DNA of 64,000 nucleotides, from NCBI GenBank assembly GCA_040756235.1, contig JBFLZG010000122.1, positions 1 through 64,000 of the forward strand, written 5' to 3'. A program made the position numbers and the translations under genes. This document shows positions 36,914 to 46,077 of the stretch, piece after piece. Source of the DNA: a bacterium. GTDB taxonomy: Bacteria; Desulfobacterota; DSWW01. The first letter of the stretch is position 1. Each line of letters starts with the position of its first letter. Under the pieces are notes generated by a model, which was not told the DNA's origin, did not search any database, and saw only the letters and a program-made list of their open reading frames with translations.

Positions 36914-38632
36914 GTGCTCGGGAGGGCGGGCGTTCTGGGGCTTCTTGCAGCTCTGATCGGCATGGCCGGATGCTCCTCCTCCGACGACGATGCCGCGTCG
37001 CAAGAAGATGCGGTCCGCTTCTTCGAGCCTCTCCTGCTGGAGCAGGGCATCGACGACGCGGAGCTTCCGGTCTTCGAGCAGGCCCTGGAGGCGTTGCTCG
37101 CGGATGTCTCGCTCGACTTCGTCGCCACCCGCTACGGCTCGACCTATCGGGTCGATGCCGCGCGCGGATCGGTCTTTTTCCGCCGCGACCGGTCGGTCTC
37201 GGGCACCACCTACGCTGTCGACGAGGTGATCGGGGAGAACCCCATCGGCCGCCAGGACCCCGGATGGATTCCCGCTTATGAGGAAGAGCTCGAGGCCGGC
37301 TCGAACCCGAACGGCGTCGCCCTGCCGCTCGAGGGTTATCTCGCCGGCGATCCCAGGTTGTCCTTCATCGAGCCGGAAGACGACTCCTACCCGTTCGGGT
37401 ACGAGCGCGTCGCCGCCTACTTCGATCATCCCGACAGCGCGGATTTCCTGGTCGGCCTGAAGAGCTATGCCCACGCCGGCGGAGCGCTCGGGGGCCACGG
37501 CGCCCTGGGGATCGTGCAGAGCCGCTGTCCGCTGGTGTTCTGGGGCGCCGGGATCCGTCCCGGACGGTACCAGGGCTTCCCGCGCCAGGTCGACGTCGCG
37601 CCCACGGTAGCCAAGCTCATGGGTCTGCCGCAGACAGAGGGCGTGGACGAACGGGGTGCCTGGAGCCGCACGACCTATCTCACCTGGCAGGACGGCCACG
37701 TGCTGGAGGAGGTCCTGGACGGAGAGGTCTCCCGGCACGTGCTGGTCGTCGTCAGCGACGGCCTGGCCCACACCGAGCTGCTGCACCAGATCGAGACGCG
37801 ACAGGATGCTCTGCCAACCTTGAGAAGGCTGGTGGAGGAGGGCGCCTGGTTTGCCGCAGGGAGCACGGCCAACTGGCCGAGCGTGACCTATCCGGGCCAC
37901 AACACCATCGGCTCGGGGCTGTACGGCGGGCACCACGGGGTGGTGGACAACAGCTATTTCTTGCGGGACGAGGGGAAGATCGCCGCTCCCATCGACCAGC
38001 TCATCCTCACCGAGGCGTTCTTCGACCCCAGCGGGCCCGGAGAGTCGCTCCACATGGCCGTTCACCGCGCCTTCGGGGCCTGGGAGCTTGCGAGCCGGGC
38101 GGGCGCCTTCACCGCGAGCCTGTTCGATCCGAGTGTGAAGGATGCAGACAAGGCGGACCTCGAGCTTCGGGACCGGTTCTATCCCGAGGTGCCACTGCCT
38201 CCGCTGTTCGTGCAGAAGCGGCCGGAAGTGCCGGAAGCGGATCCCACGCTGAAGCACCTCGAGTCGTTCGCGGAACAGCTCGGCGAAGAGATCGTCATGA
38301 ACGAGCTGTACGATCTCTTCACGCGGGACGCGGGCGCCGTGCCCGCGTACGTGATCCTGAACTTCTCCACCACCGACGGCACCGGGCACGCCAACGGCCC
38401 GCACGGTGACGAGATGCGGAAGGTGCTGGACCACATCGACGCGAACCTGGGGGTCCTGTGCGGGTGGCTGGAAGAATGGGGCATTCTGGCCCGGACCACG
38501 ATCGTCCTGACCTCCGATCACGGGCTGCAGATCGGGGACCCGAGCCGGTCCGGCTCGCCTTTGGGCCGCCTGGACGAAGCCGGCATCCCCTACCGGCACG
38601 GTACCGGGCTCGGGGTCTACCTCGACATGTGA
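36914..38632 (+). CDS. Alkaline-phosphatase-superfamily lipoprotein (type I phosphodiesterase/nucleotide pyrophosphatase-like)
   Basis: Probable GTG start at aa 72 of ORF 36701..38632, giving signal plus lipobox ...AALIGMAGCSSSDDD. VLVVVSDGLAHTEL (metal-ligand Asp/Thr region), TYPGHNTIGSG and LTSDHGL are AP-superfamily motifs. The start is uncertain. Confidence 0.55.
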   Translation: MLGRAGVLGLLAALIGMAGCSSSDDDAASQEDAVRFFEPLLLEQGIDDAELPVFEQALEALLADVSLDFVATRYGSTYRVDAARGSVFFRRDRSVSGTTYAVDEVIGENPIGRQDPGWIPAYEEELEAGSNPNGVALPLEGYLAGDPRLSFIEPEDDSYPFGYERVAAYFDHPDSADFLVGLKSYAHAGGALGGHGALGIVQSRCPLVFWGAGIRPGRYQGFPRQVDVAPTVAKLMGLPQTEGVDERGAWSRTTYLTWQDGHVLEEVLDGEVSRHVLVVVSDGLAHTELLHQIETRQDALPTLRRLVEEGAWFAAGSTANWPSVTYPGHNTIGSGLYGGHHGVVDNSYFLRDEGKIAAPIDQLILTEAFFDPSGPGESLHMAVHRAFGAWELASRAGAFTASLFDPSVKDADKADLELRDRFYPEVPLPPLFVQKRPEVPEADPTLKHLESFAEQLGEEIVMNELYDLFTRDAGAVPAYVILNFSTTDGTGHANGPHGDEMRKVLDHIDANLGVLCGWLEEWGILARTTIVLTSDHGLQIGDPSRSGSPLGRLDEAGIPYRHGTGLGVYLDM

Positions 38633-39057
38633 GCCGGCCCCGGGCTCCGGCCTTGGACGAGGGACGAAATCGGCGACCCGCCCGAAGGGCCGTAGTCTCC
38701 GACCCTCGGGGGGGAGAACAGGCCGGAGCGCTGTAGGGGCGCTGCTTGCCGCGCCCGCTCCGGGATTATCGCAGTTTCCAGCGCAAGAGGATCGCGACGT
38801 TCGCGATCTGGACCCCTGGTTGGTGGACACGCCTGCGGCTTTGTCCACCCTACCGGTGCTCACGCAACTCGCTCCCGCCCCCGTCCGGCTCCCGTCCCGC
38901 CATCGCCTCCGCGCGGCCAAAGTCCATGAGCGGCAGCCCAGGCGCCGGATCGTGGGGAGCGACCGTATCACAGGTGCCCGAATCTAAAATTGTATTACTG
39001 CTCATCGAGAGGCTGGCTCGACGGCCGTTTTCGGCTGCCTCTCCAGCGGGAGGTCCC

Positions 39058-42000
39058 ATGCCCGTGCGCACCCCCTTCGGCAATCTCCGCTACCTGAAGG
39101 CCCTTACCGGACTCGACCGGACCCTGATGGAGAAAGTCTCCGGAGGATGGGCGGAGGTCCGGTCCGGTCAGCGGGAATGGGAGGACTTCTACCGGCGGCG
39201 CTGGCAGCACGACCACGTGGTGCGCTCGACCCATGGGGTGAACTGCACCGGGTCGTGCTCGTGGAACGTCTACGTGAAGGACGGCATCGTGGTCTGGGAG
39301 ACGCAGAAGGTCGACTACCCGAGCTGCGGCAGCGAGATGCCCGACCACGAGCCGCGGGGATGCCCGCGCGGCGCGACCTACTCCTGGTACATTTACAGCC
39401 CGGCCCGCGTCCGCTACCCGTACATGCGCTCGGCGCTGTACGGGCTGTGGCAGGATGCGCTGCGGGCCCACCAGGATCCGATCGCCGCCTGGGAGTCGAT
39501 CGTCTCCGACCCGGAGAAGGCAGGCTGCTACAAGAGCGCCAGGGGGCAGGGCGGCCTGGTCCGCGTCTCCTGGGACGAGGCCCTGGATCTGGTCGCGGCC
39601 TCCCTGGTCTACACCATCAAGAAGCACGGCCCGGACCGCGTCTTCGGGTTCACCCCGATCCCGGCCATGTCCATGGTCTCCTACGCCTCGGGCGCCCGGT
39701 TTCTGTCGCTCATCGGCGCCTCGGTCGTCAGTTTCTACGACTGGTACTGCGATCTCCCGCCCGCGTCCCCGCAGGTCTGGGGGGACCAGACCGACGTGCC
39801 GGAAAGCGCCGACTGGTACGAATCCACCTACATGATCGTCTGGGGAACGAACCTCCCCATGACGCGCTCTCCGGATGCCCACTTCTACACCGAGGCGAGA
39901 TACCGGGGAGCCAAGGTCGTGGCCGTGGCCCCGGATTACGCGGAGTACGTCAAGTTCGCCGACGCCTGGCTGCCCGCCAAGGCCGGGACGGACGGCGCGC
40001 TGGCCATGGCCATGACGCACGTGATCCTCAAGGAATTCTACCTCGAGCGGAGCTGCGAAGCCTTCGTCGCGTACGCAAAGCGGTACACCGACCTGCCGTT
40101 CCTGGTGACGCTCGAGAGACGCGGGGGAAGGCTCGCCCCGGACCGGTTCCTCCGGGCATCGGACATCGGTCCGGACGAGAAGGACGGGGAATGGAAGACT
40201 GTGCTCCTGGACGCGCTCACCGGCGCTCCGGCGGTCCCCAACGGCAGCATCGGATTCCGCTGGAACGAAAAGGGGCTCTGGAACCTGGAGCTGCGCGACG
40301 CCTCCACCGGCAAGGCCGTGGACCCGCTCCTCAGCCTCGCCGGCACGAACGACGGCTGGGAGCTGGTCACCTTTCCGCTGTTCGAGACCGGCGGGCCGAC
40401 GACCCGGACCGGCGCGGTACCGGTGAAGAGGATCGCTGCGGGCGGCCGGACCGTGCTGGCGGCCACGGTCTTCGACCTGATGGTCGCCCACGTCGGCATC
40501 GACCGAGGCAGAGGAGGAGAGGCGGCCTCGAGCTACGACGACCCGGTGCCTTACACCCCGGCCTGGCAGGAGGCGATCACGGGCGTAGCGCGCGAGGCGG
40601 CGCTCAGGGTGGCCCGGGAGTTCGCCGACAACGCGGAGAAGACCGGCGGCAAATCGATGATCTTTCTGGGCGCCGGTACGAACCACTGGTACCACAGCGA
40701 CATGATCTACCGCACCATCCTCAACCTGACCACCCTGTGCGGCTGCCAGGGCGTGAACGGCGGCGGCTGGGCCCATTACGTGGGCCAGGAGAAGGTCAGG
40801 CCCCTGGCGGGCTGGACGACGGTCGCCTTCGGCCTCGACTGGTCCCGGCCCCCGCGCTTCCAGAACGGGACTTCCTTCTTCTACTTCGTCACCGACCAGT
40901 GGCGTTACGACACCTTCGGCGGCAGGGAGATCGCCTCCCCCCTGGCCGGGCCCGAGGCGCACCGCCACAACGCCGATTTCAACGTGATTGCGGCCCGTCT
41001 GGGCTGGCTCCCGGCCTACCCTCAGTTCGACCGGAACCCGCTCGAGATCTGCAGGGAGGCCGTAAAGAGCGGGGCGGCCTCGGACGAGGAGATCGTCCGC
41101 TGGGTCGTGGCGAAGCTGAAGAGCGGCGAGATCCGCTTCGCCTACGAAGATCCGGACGCACCGGGGAGCTTTCCCAGGGTCCTCTTCCTCTGGCGGGCCA
41201 ACCTGCTGGGCGCGAGCGGCAAGGGTCACGAGTATTTCCTGAAGCACCTCCTCGGGTGCCGCAACGCCGTGTTCAACACGGATGAAGGAAAGATGCGCCC
41301 CCGGGAGATCGTCTGGCGCGACCCGGCGCCCGAGGGAAAGCTCGATCTGCTCGTCACCCTCGAGATGCGCATGTCCACGAGCGCGCTCTATGCCGACGTG
41401 GTCCTGCCCTCGGGCGGCTGGTACGAGATGCACGACCTGAGCAGCACCGACCTCCATCCGTTCCTGCACCCGTTCAATCCGGCCGTCGACCCTCCCTGGG
41501 AGGCGAGGACCAACTGGGACCAGTTCCGGGCCGTGGCCGAGCGGTTCTCCAGGCTCGCGGCCGGACACCTGGGAATCGAGAAGGACCTCGTTGCCACGGC
41601 GCTGATGCACGACACGCCGGACGAGCTCGCGCAGCCTCTGGGCCGGGTCAGAGACTGGAAGAACGGCGAGGTCGAGCCGGTGCCCGGTAAGACCCTGCCG
41701 AACCTGGCCGTCCTTTCCCGCGATTACCCGAACACGTACAAGAAGATGACCGCCCTCGGACCGCTGGTGCGCGAAAAAGGGGTCGGGGCCAAAGGGGTCT
41801 CGTGGAAGGCCGATGCGGAGTACGAAGAGCTCAAGGGGAAGCTCGGTGCCGTGGCGGAGCCCGGGATCTCGCAGGGGATGCCGGAGCTGCGCTCCGGCAA
41901 GCAGGTGGCCGAGACCATCCTCGCCCTGTCCCCGGAGTCGAACGGCAGGACCGCGGTCAAGGCCTGGAAGGCGCTGGAAGGGCGGACCGGCCGGAGCCTG

Positions 42001-42759
42001 ACGCACCTCGCGGGCGAGCGGGAATTCGACCGCATGACCTTCGCGGACCTGACCGCTCAGCCGCGGACGGTCATCACCAGCCCCACCTGGAGCGGCTCGG
42101 AGACCGCAGGCCGCAGGTACTCGCCCTTCACCATCAACATCGAGGAGAAGATCCCGTTTCGCACCTTGACCGGGCGCGCCCAGCTCTACCAGGACCACGA
42201 ATGGATGTTGAGCTTCGGCGAGGCCCTGCCCCTGTACCGGCCTCCGCTGGACATGCGCGCCCTCGGCTCCACCGACGTGCGCCGCGACGACGCCCGGGAG
42301 CTGGTCCTGAACTACCTGACCCCTCACTCCAAGTGGTCGATCCACAGCACCTACTCGGAGACGCCGATCATGCTGACCCTGTTCCGGGGCGGCGAGGCGA
42401 TCTGGATCAACCGGCAGGACGCAGAGGCGCTCGAGGTCGCGGACGGCGAGTGGCTCGAGTGCTTCAACGTGAACGGCCTCGTCATGGCCAAGGCGGTGGT
42501 GAGCCACAGGATTCCCAGGGGCAAGGCCTTCATGTACCACGCCCAGGAGAGGCTCATCAACATCCCGGGTTCCAGAAGGTCTGGCCAGAGGGGAGGGACC
42601 CACAACAGCGTGACCCGCATCCTGGTCAAGCCGACCCAGATGATCGGCGGCTACGCGCACCTGAGCTACGGGTTCAACTACTACGGTCCGACGGGCGCCC
42701 AGCGGGACGAGGTCATCGTGGTCCGAAAGGCCGGGGAGGTCGACTGGTATGAAGATTAA
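39058..42759 (+). CDS. narG: Respiratory nitrate reductase alpha subunit
   Basis: ATG 39058 is aa 105 of ORF 38746..42759 and is preceded by GGGAGG. HDHVVRSTHGVNCTGSCSWNVYVKDGIVVWETQKVDYP...HEPRGCPRGATYSWY is nearly identical to E. coli NarG. 1233 aa. Confidence 0.95.
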   Translation: MPVRTPFGNLRYLKALTGLDRTLMEKVSGGWAEVRSGQREWEDFYRRRWQHDHVVRSTHGVNCTGSCSWNVYVKDGIVVWETQKVDYPSCGSEMPDHEPRGCPRGATYSWYIYSPARVRYPYMRSALYGLWQDALRAHQDPIAAWESIVSDPEKAGCYKSARGQGGLVRVSWDEALDLVAASLVYTIKKHGPDRVFGFTPIPAMSMVSYASGARFLSLIGASVVSFYDWYCDLPPASPQVWGDQTDVPESADWYESTYMIVWGTNLPMTRSPDAHFYTEARYRGAKVVAVAPDYAEYVKFADAWLPAKAGTDGALAMAMTHVILKEFYLERSCEAFVAYAKRYTDLPFLVTLERRGGRLAPDRFLRASDIGPDEKDGEWKTVLLDALTGAPAVPNGSIGFRWNEKGLWNLELRDASTGKAVDPLLSLAGTNDGWELVTFPLFETGGPTTRTGAVPVKRIAAGGRTVLAATVFDLMVAHVGIDRGRGGEAASSYDDPVPYTPAWQEAITGVAREAALRVAREFADNAEKTGGKSMIFLGAGTNHWYHSDMIYRTILNLTTLCGCQGVNGGGWAHYVGQEKVRPLAGWTTVAFGLDWSRPPRFQNGTSFFYFVTDQWRYDTFGGREIASPLAGPEAHRHNADFNVIAARLGWLPAYPQFDRNPLEICREAVKSGAASDEEIVRWVVAKLKSGEIRFAYEDPDAPGSFPRVLFLWRANLLGASGKGHEYFLKHLLGCRNAVFNTDEGKMRPREIVWRDPAPEGKLDLLVTLEMRMSTSALYADVVLPSGGWYEMHDLSSTDLHPFLHPFNPAVDPPWEARTNWDQFRAVAERFSRLAAGHLGIEKDLVATALMHDTPDELAQPLGRVRDWKNGEVEPVPGKTLPNLAVLSRDYPNTYKKMTALGPLVREKGVGAKGVSWKADAEYEELKGKLGAVAEPGISQGMPELRSGKQVAETILALSPESNGRTAVKAWKALEGRTGRSLTHLAGEREFDRMTFADLTAQPRTVITSPTWSGSETAGRRYSPFTINIEEKIPFRTLTGRAQLYQDHEWMLSFGEALPLYRPPLDMRALGSTDVRRDDARELVLNYLTPHSKWSIHSTYSETPIMLTLFRGGEAIWINRQDAEALEVADGEWLECFNVNGLVMAKAVVSHRIPRGKAFMYHAQERLINIPGSRRSGQRGGTHNSVTRILVKPTQMIGGYAHLSYGFNYYGPTGAQRDEVIVVRKAGEVDWYED

Positions 42760-44173
42760 GGCCCAGCTCGCCATGGTCATGAACCTGGACAAATGCATCG
42801 GGTGCCACACATGCAGCATTCCCTGCAAGAACGTGTGGACCAGCCGGCCCGGCGCCGAGTACATCTGGTTCAACAACGTGGAGACCAAGCCGGGGATCGG
42901 CTACCCGAAGCACTGGGAGGACCAGGAGCGTTACCGGGGCGGATGGGCGATGAAGGACGGGAAGCTGGATCTCGCCGCCGGCGGCAGGCTCCGGAAGCTG
43001 GCGGGCATCTTCTACAACCCCGACCTGCCCACGATCGACGACTACTATGAGCCGTGGACCTACGACTACGAGAAGCTCACGTCGAGCCCGGCCAGCAAGC
43101 AGCAGCCGGCCATCCGTCCCAAGTCGCTCATCACCGGCAGGAAGATGGAGCTCGACTGGGGGCCGAACTGGGAAGACGATCTTGCGGGCGCGCCCGCGAC
43201 CGGCGGCCAGGACGTCAACTTCCGCTCTCTGGAAGCGGCGAGATACCTCCAGTTCGAGGAGGTCTTCATGTTCTACCTGCCCCGGATCTGCGAGCACTGC
43301 CTGAATCCCTCGTGCGTCGCCTCCTGCCCGTCCGCCGCGCTCTACAAGCGGGACGAGGACGGGATCGTGCTGGTCGATCAGGTCCGGTGCCGCGGCTGGC
43401 GGTTCTGCGTCTCGGGCTGCCCTTACAAGAAGGTCTATTTCCAATGGGCCAGCGGAACGTCGGTCAAGTGCCTCTTCTGCTACCCCCGGATCGAGGCCGG
43501 CCTGACCACGCTCTGCGCCGAGACGTGCGTGGGGCGGATCCGCTCGGTCGGCGCGCTGCTGTATGACGCGGACCGGGTGCGCGAGGCGGCGTCGGTCGCA
43601 GAGGATACCCGGGTCTATCCGGCTCACCTGTCCGTCATCCTCGACCCCGACGACCCGGAGGTGGCGCGCAGGGCCGCGGCCGACGGCATCCCGGAGGCCA
43701 CGCTGGCCGCGGCGCGCAACTCGCCGGTCTACCAGCTCGCCGTGCGGTGGAGGCTCGCCCTGCCGCCGCACCCGGAGTTCCGCACGCTGCCCATGGTCTG
43801 GTACATCCCGCCGTTGAGCCCGATCGCCCGCGTCGAGGATCCCGGGGCGACCGAAGGCGGCATCGACGACATGCGCATCCCGGTGCGCTATCTGGCGAAC
43901 CTGCTCGCCGCGGGCGACGAGGAGCCGGTGCGGCTCGCGCTGAATCGCCTGCTCGCCATCCGCCGCTACATGCGTTCGGTGCGGGTGGAAAAGAAGCCGG
44001 ACAAAACGGTGCTCGAGGAGGCCGGCCTGGACCCGTCCCAGGCCGAAGAGATGGTCCGGCTTCTGGCGATCGCCAAGTTCGCGGACCGTTACGTGATACC
44101 GACGGCGCGCCGGGAGGCGGACACGGACCCGGGCCGGCTTCAGGGGCGGGCCGGTTACCCGGAGGATGCATGA
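42749..44173 (+). CDS. narH: Respiratory nitrate reductase beta subunit
   Basis: MKIKAQLAMVMNLDKCIGCHTCSIPCKNVWTSR...YIWFNNVETKPG matches NarH ferredoxin-type Cys clusters. The start overlaps the narG stop. Confidence 0.95.
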   Translation: MKIKAQLAMVMNLDKCIGCHTCSIPCKNVWTSRPGAEYIWFNNVETKPGIGYPKHWEDQERYRGGWAMKDGKLDLAAGGRLRKLAGIFYNPDLPTIDDYYEPWTYDYEKLTSSPASKQQPAIRPKSLITGRKMELDWGPNWEDDLAGAPATGGQDVNFRSLEAARYLQFEEVFMFYLPRICEHCLNPSCVASCPSAALYKRDEDGIVLVDQVRCRGWRFCVSGCPYKKVYFQWASGTSVKCLFCYPRIEAGLTTLCAETCVGRIRSVGALLYDADRVREAASVAEDTRVYPAHLSVILDPDDPEVARRAAADGIPEATLAAARNSPVYQLAVRWRLALPPHPEFRTLPMVWYIPPLSPIARVEDPGATEGGIDDMRIPVRYLANLLAAGDEEPVRLALNRLLAIRRYMRSVRVEKKPDKTVLEEAGLDPSQAEEMVRLLAIAKFADRYVIPTARREADTDPGRLQGRAGYPEDA

Positions 44174-44703
44174 ACGAGGAATCGCGTCTCCTGCTGCGGC
44201 TCCTTGCGCGCCTCGCGGCGTACCCGGATGAAGGGTGGGCCGAGCTCCTGGAAGGCCGAGACTCCTGGCCGAAGGGGCCCTTGCACGCCGCGGAATGGGA
44301 GCGGTGCGGCGATTTCCTGGCCCGGCGCTCCGCGGAGCCTCTCCTGCGGCAGATGGAGGAATACACGCAGACCTTTTACCTCTCGGCGCCGTCCTGCCTG
44401 GACCTGACCTGGCACCGCTGGGACGACGAAAGAGTCCGACGGAACGCGCTCGCTCATCTGGTCGGCTTGTACAGGCAGGCCGGGTACGCATGCACCGCGC
44501 GGGAGATGCCGGACCACCTGCCGGTGGTGCTCGAATTCCTGTCGCTGGCGAGAGAAGAGACCGGCCGGTGGATCGTGGAGACGTACGCGGAGGCCGTCTC
44601 CATCATCGCCTCGAGCCTCAGGGAGCGCGCGAGTCCGTACGTGCCGCTGTTCGATGCGATCCTGAGCGTGTTCGAGGCTTTGCGGAATGGAGGTCCGCGG
44701 TGA
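44170..44703 (+). CDS. narJ: Nitrate reductase molybdenum cofactor assembly chaperone
   Basis: 177 aa. ATGA overlap with narH. LAAYPDEGW...QTFYLS...HLPVVLEFLS matches the NarJ/TorD family. Confidence 0.85.
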   Translation: MNEESRLLLRLLARLAAYPDEGWAELLEGRDSWPKGPLHAAEWERCGDFLARRSAEPLLRQMEEYTQTFYLSAPSCLDLTWHRWDDERVRRNALAHLVGLYRQAGYACTAREMPDHLPVVLEFLSLAREETGRWIVETYAEAVSIIASSLRERASPYVPLFDAILSVFEALRNGGPR

Positions 44704-44954
44704 AAGTCGCGTGCGAGCGTTGTGAACACTCGGTAGGGTGGACCAAGCGCCAGCGTGTCCGCCAACCCGGGAAGAAAAGCGCGAGCGCGGCAGTCCGTAT
44801 GTGCCGCTGTTCGATGTGATCCTGAGCGTGTTCGGAGACATTGCGGAATGGAGGTCCGCGGTGAAAGTCGCGTGCGAGCGTTGTGAACACTCGGTAGGGT
44901 GGACAAAGCGCCAGCGTGTCCACCAACCCCGGAAGAAAAGCGCGAGCGCGGCAG
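44632..44954 (+). repeat. Tandem duplication, 2 x ~160 bp (44632-44791, 44792-44954), spanning the narJ 3' end plus a family D palindrome
   Basis: Both units start agtccgta(c/t)gtgccgctgttcgatg(c/t)gatcctgagcgtgttcg and end gaagaaaagcgcgagcgcggcag. The second unit encodes a partial repeat of the NarJ C-terminus (PYVPLFDVILSVF...) out of context. Confidence 0.85.
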
Positions 44955-45116
44955 CCGAGCGCAGTGAGGCCGGCCGGCTCCGTGAGGTCCCGCAACCTGT
45001 CACGGGCGCTCTGCCCCCCTCTGGAGGTCGACCACGTGTCGCCTCCTGTGGTGGACACGCCTTCGGCTTTGTCCACCCTACCGGGATGCTGCGCATCTGA
45101 GGATGGAGAACAATCC

Positions 45117-45782
45117 ATGAAGGACGGATACACCCTGGCCTTTGTGATCTTTCCGTACATCGCCTTGACCACCTTCGTGGTGGGCCACCTCTACCGGTAC
45201 ATGACGGACGCCTACCGCTGGAACGCACGCTCGAGCGAGCTGCTGGCCAAAGAGAGCCTGAGGGCCGGGAGCTGGCTCTTTCACTGGGGGATGATTCTCG
45301 TCCTCATCGGGCACTCCGGGGGCCTCCTGATCCCGCAGAGCGTCTACGACGCGGTCGGCATCAGCGACACCGGGCACATGCGCATCGCCTACCTCTCCGG
45401 CATGCTGATCGGTTTCATCACCCTGGCCGGGGTGGTCCTTCTGATCTTCAGGCGTCTGCTGAGCGTGCGCCTCCTGGCCGTGACGAGCCTGAATGACTGG
45501 GTCACGCTGGCCCTCCTGTTCCTGGTCATCACAATCGGCACCTACGCCGTCTTCGGCCACTATAACGTGCTGTACTCCGTTGCCCCCTGGATCCGCAGCA
45601 TCGTGGCGCTGCACCCCAACCCGGAGCTCATGCGGTCCGTGCCGTTGGTATACAAGATCCACATCCTGGCGGCTTTCGCCCTGTTCGGGTTCTCTCCGTT
45701 CAGCCGGCTGGTCCACATCTGGAGCGTGCCCGTGACCTATCCTTTGAGAAGCTACATCGTGTTCCGCAAGCGCCAGGCGTGA
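45117..45782 (+). CDS. narI: Respiratory nitrate reductase gamma subunit (di-heme b)
   Basis: ATG 45117 is aa 68 of ORF 44916..45782. Five TM helices with heme-ligand His positions (YRYMT..., HWGMILVLIGHSGG, ...HILAAF...). 221 aa. Confidence 0.9.
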   Translation: MKDGYTLAFVIFPYIALTTFVVGHLYRYMTDAYRWNARSSELLAKESLRAGSWLFHWGMILVLIGHSGGLLIPQSVYDAVGISDTGHMRIAYLSGMLIGFITLAGVVLLIFRRLLSVRLLAVTSLNDWVTLALLFLVITIGTYAVFGHYNVLYSVAPWIRSIVALHPNPELMRSVPLVYKIHILAAFALFGFSPFSRLVHIWSVPVTYPLRSYIVFRKRQA

Positions 45783-45796
45783 TGTAGTATTTTTCG

Positions 45797-46010
45797 TCAT
45801 CCCGGCCCATGTGCGAAGCGTGTGTGAGCCGGGATCCAGAAGGGTGCACCAAGGCCAGCTGTGGTAACTGGGCGCAGGGACTGGATTCCGGCCTGCGCCG
45901 GAATGACGGAAAGCATGCGGCCGCGCCTCCGAGTCCTCCGGAATGAGTGGTCGCACGAGGGTCTGACCGGATTTATGACACACCCTCTTGCGACGGAATG
46001 ACAGAAGAGG
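45797..46010 (-). repeat. Composite repeat element family A, copy 2 (inverted relative to copy 1)
   Basis: gtcatcccggcccatgtgcgaagcgtgtgtgagccgggatcc...ggattccggcctgcgccggaatgac... It lies directly after narI, and its reverse complement matches 168-395. Confidence 0.75.
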
Positions 46011-46077
46011 AGTTTACAGCCTGTCACGCTTTCCCCTCATCAAACCAGGAAAGAGTGGGTATCGCAGAAAGGACAAA

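Noticed and set aside
36674-38971. 765-aa minus ORF antisense to the AP-superfamily phosphodiesterase gene
   Set aside because: Shadow ORF. The plus frame carries the signal peptide, lipobox and SDHG metal-site motifs.
38995-42888. 1297-aa minus-strand ORF, 712-aa plus ORF 39147..41285 and other long ORFs overlapping narG/narH
   Set aside because: narG and narH homology is unambiguous on the plus strand in another frame. The alternative ORFs are Arg/Gly/Pro-rich shadows.
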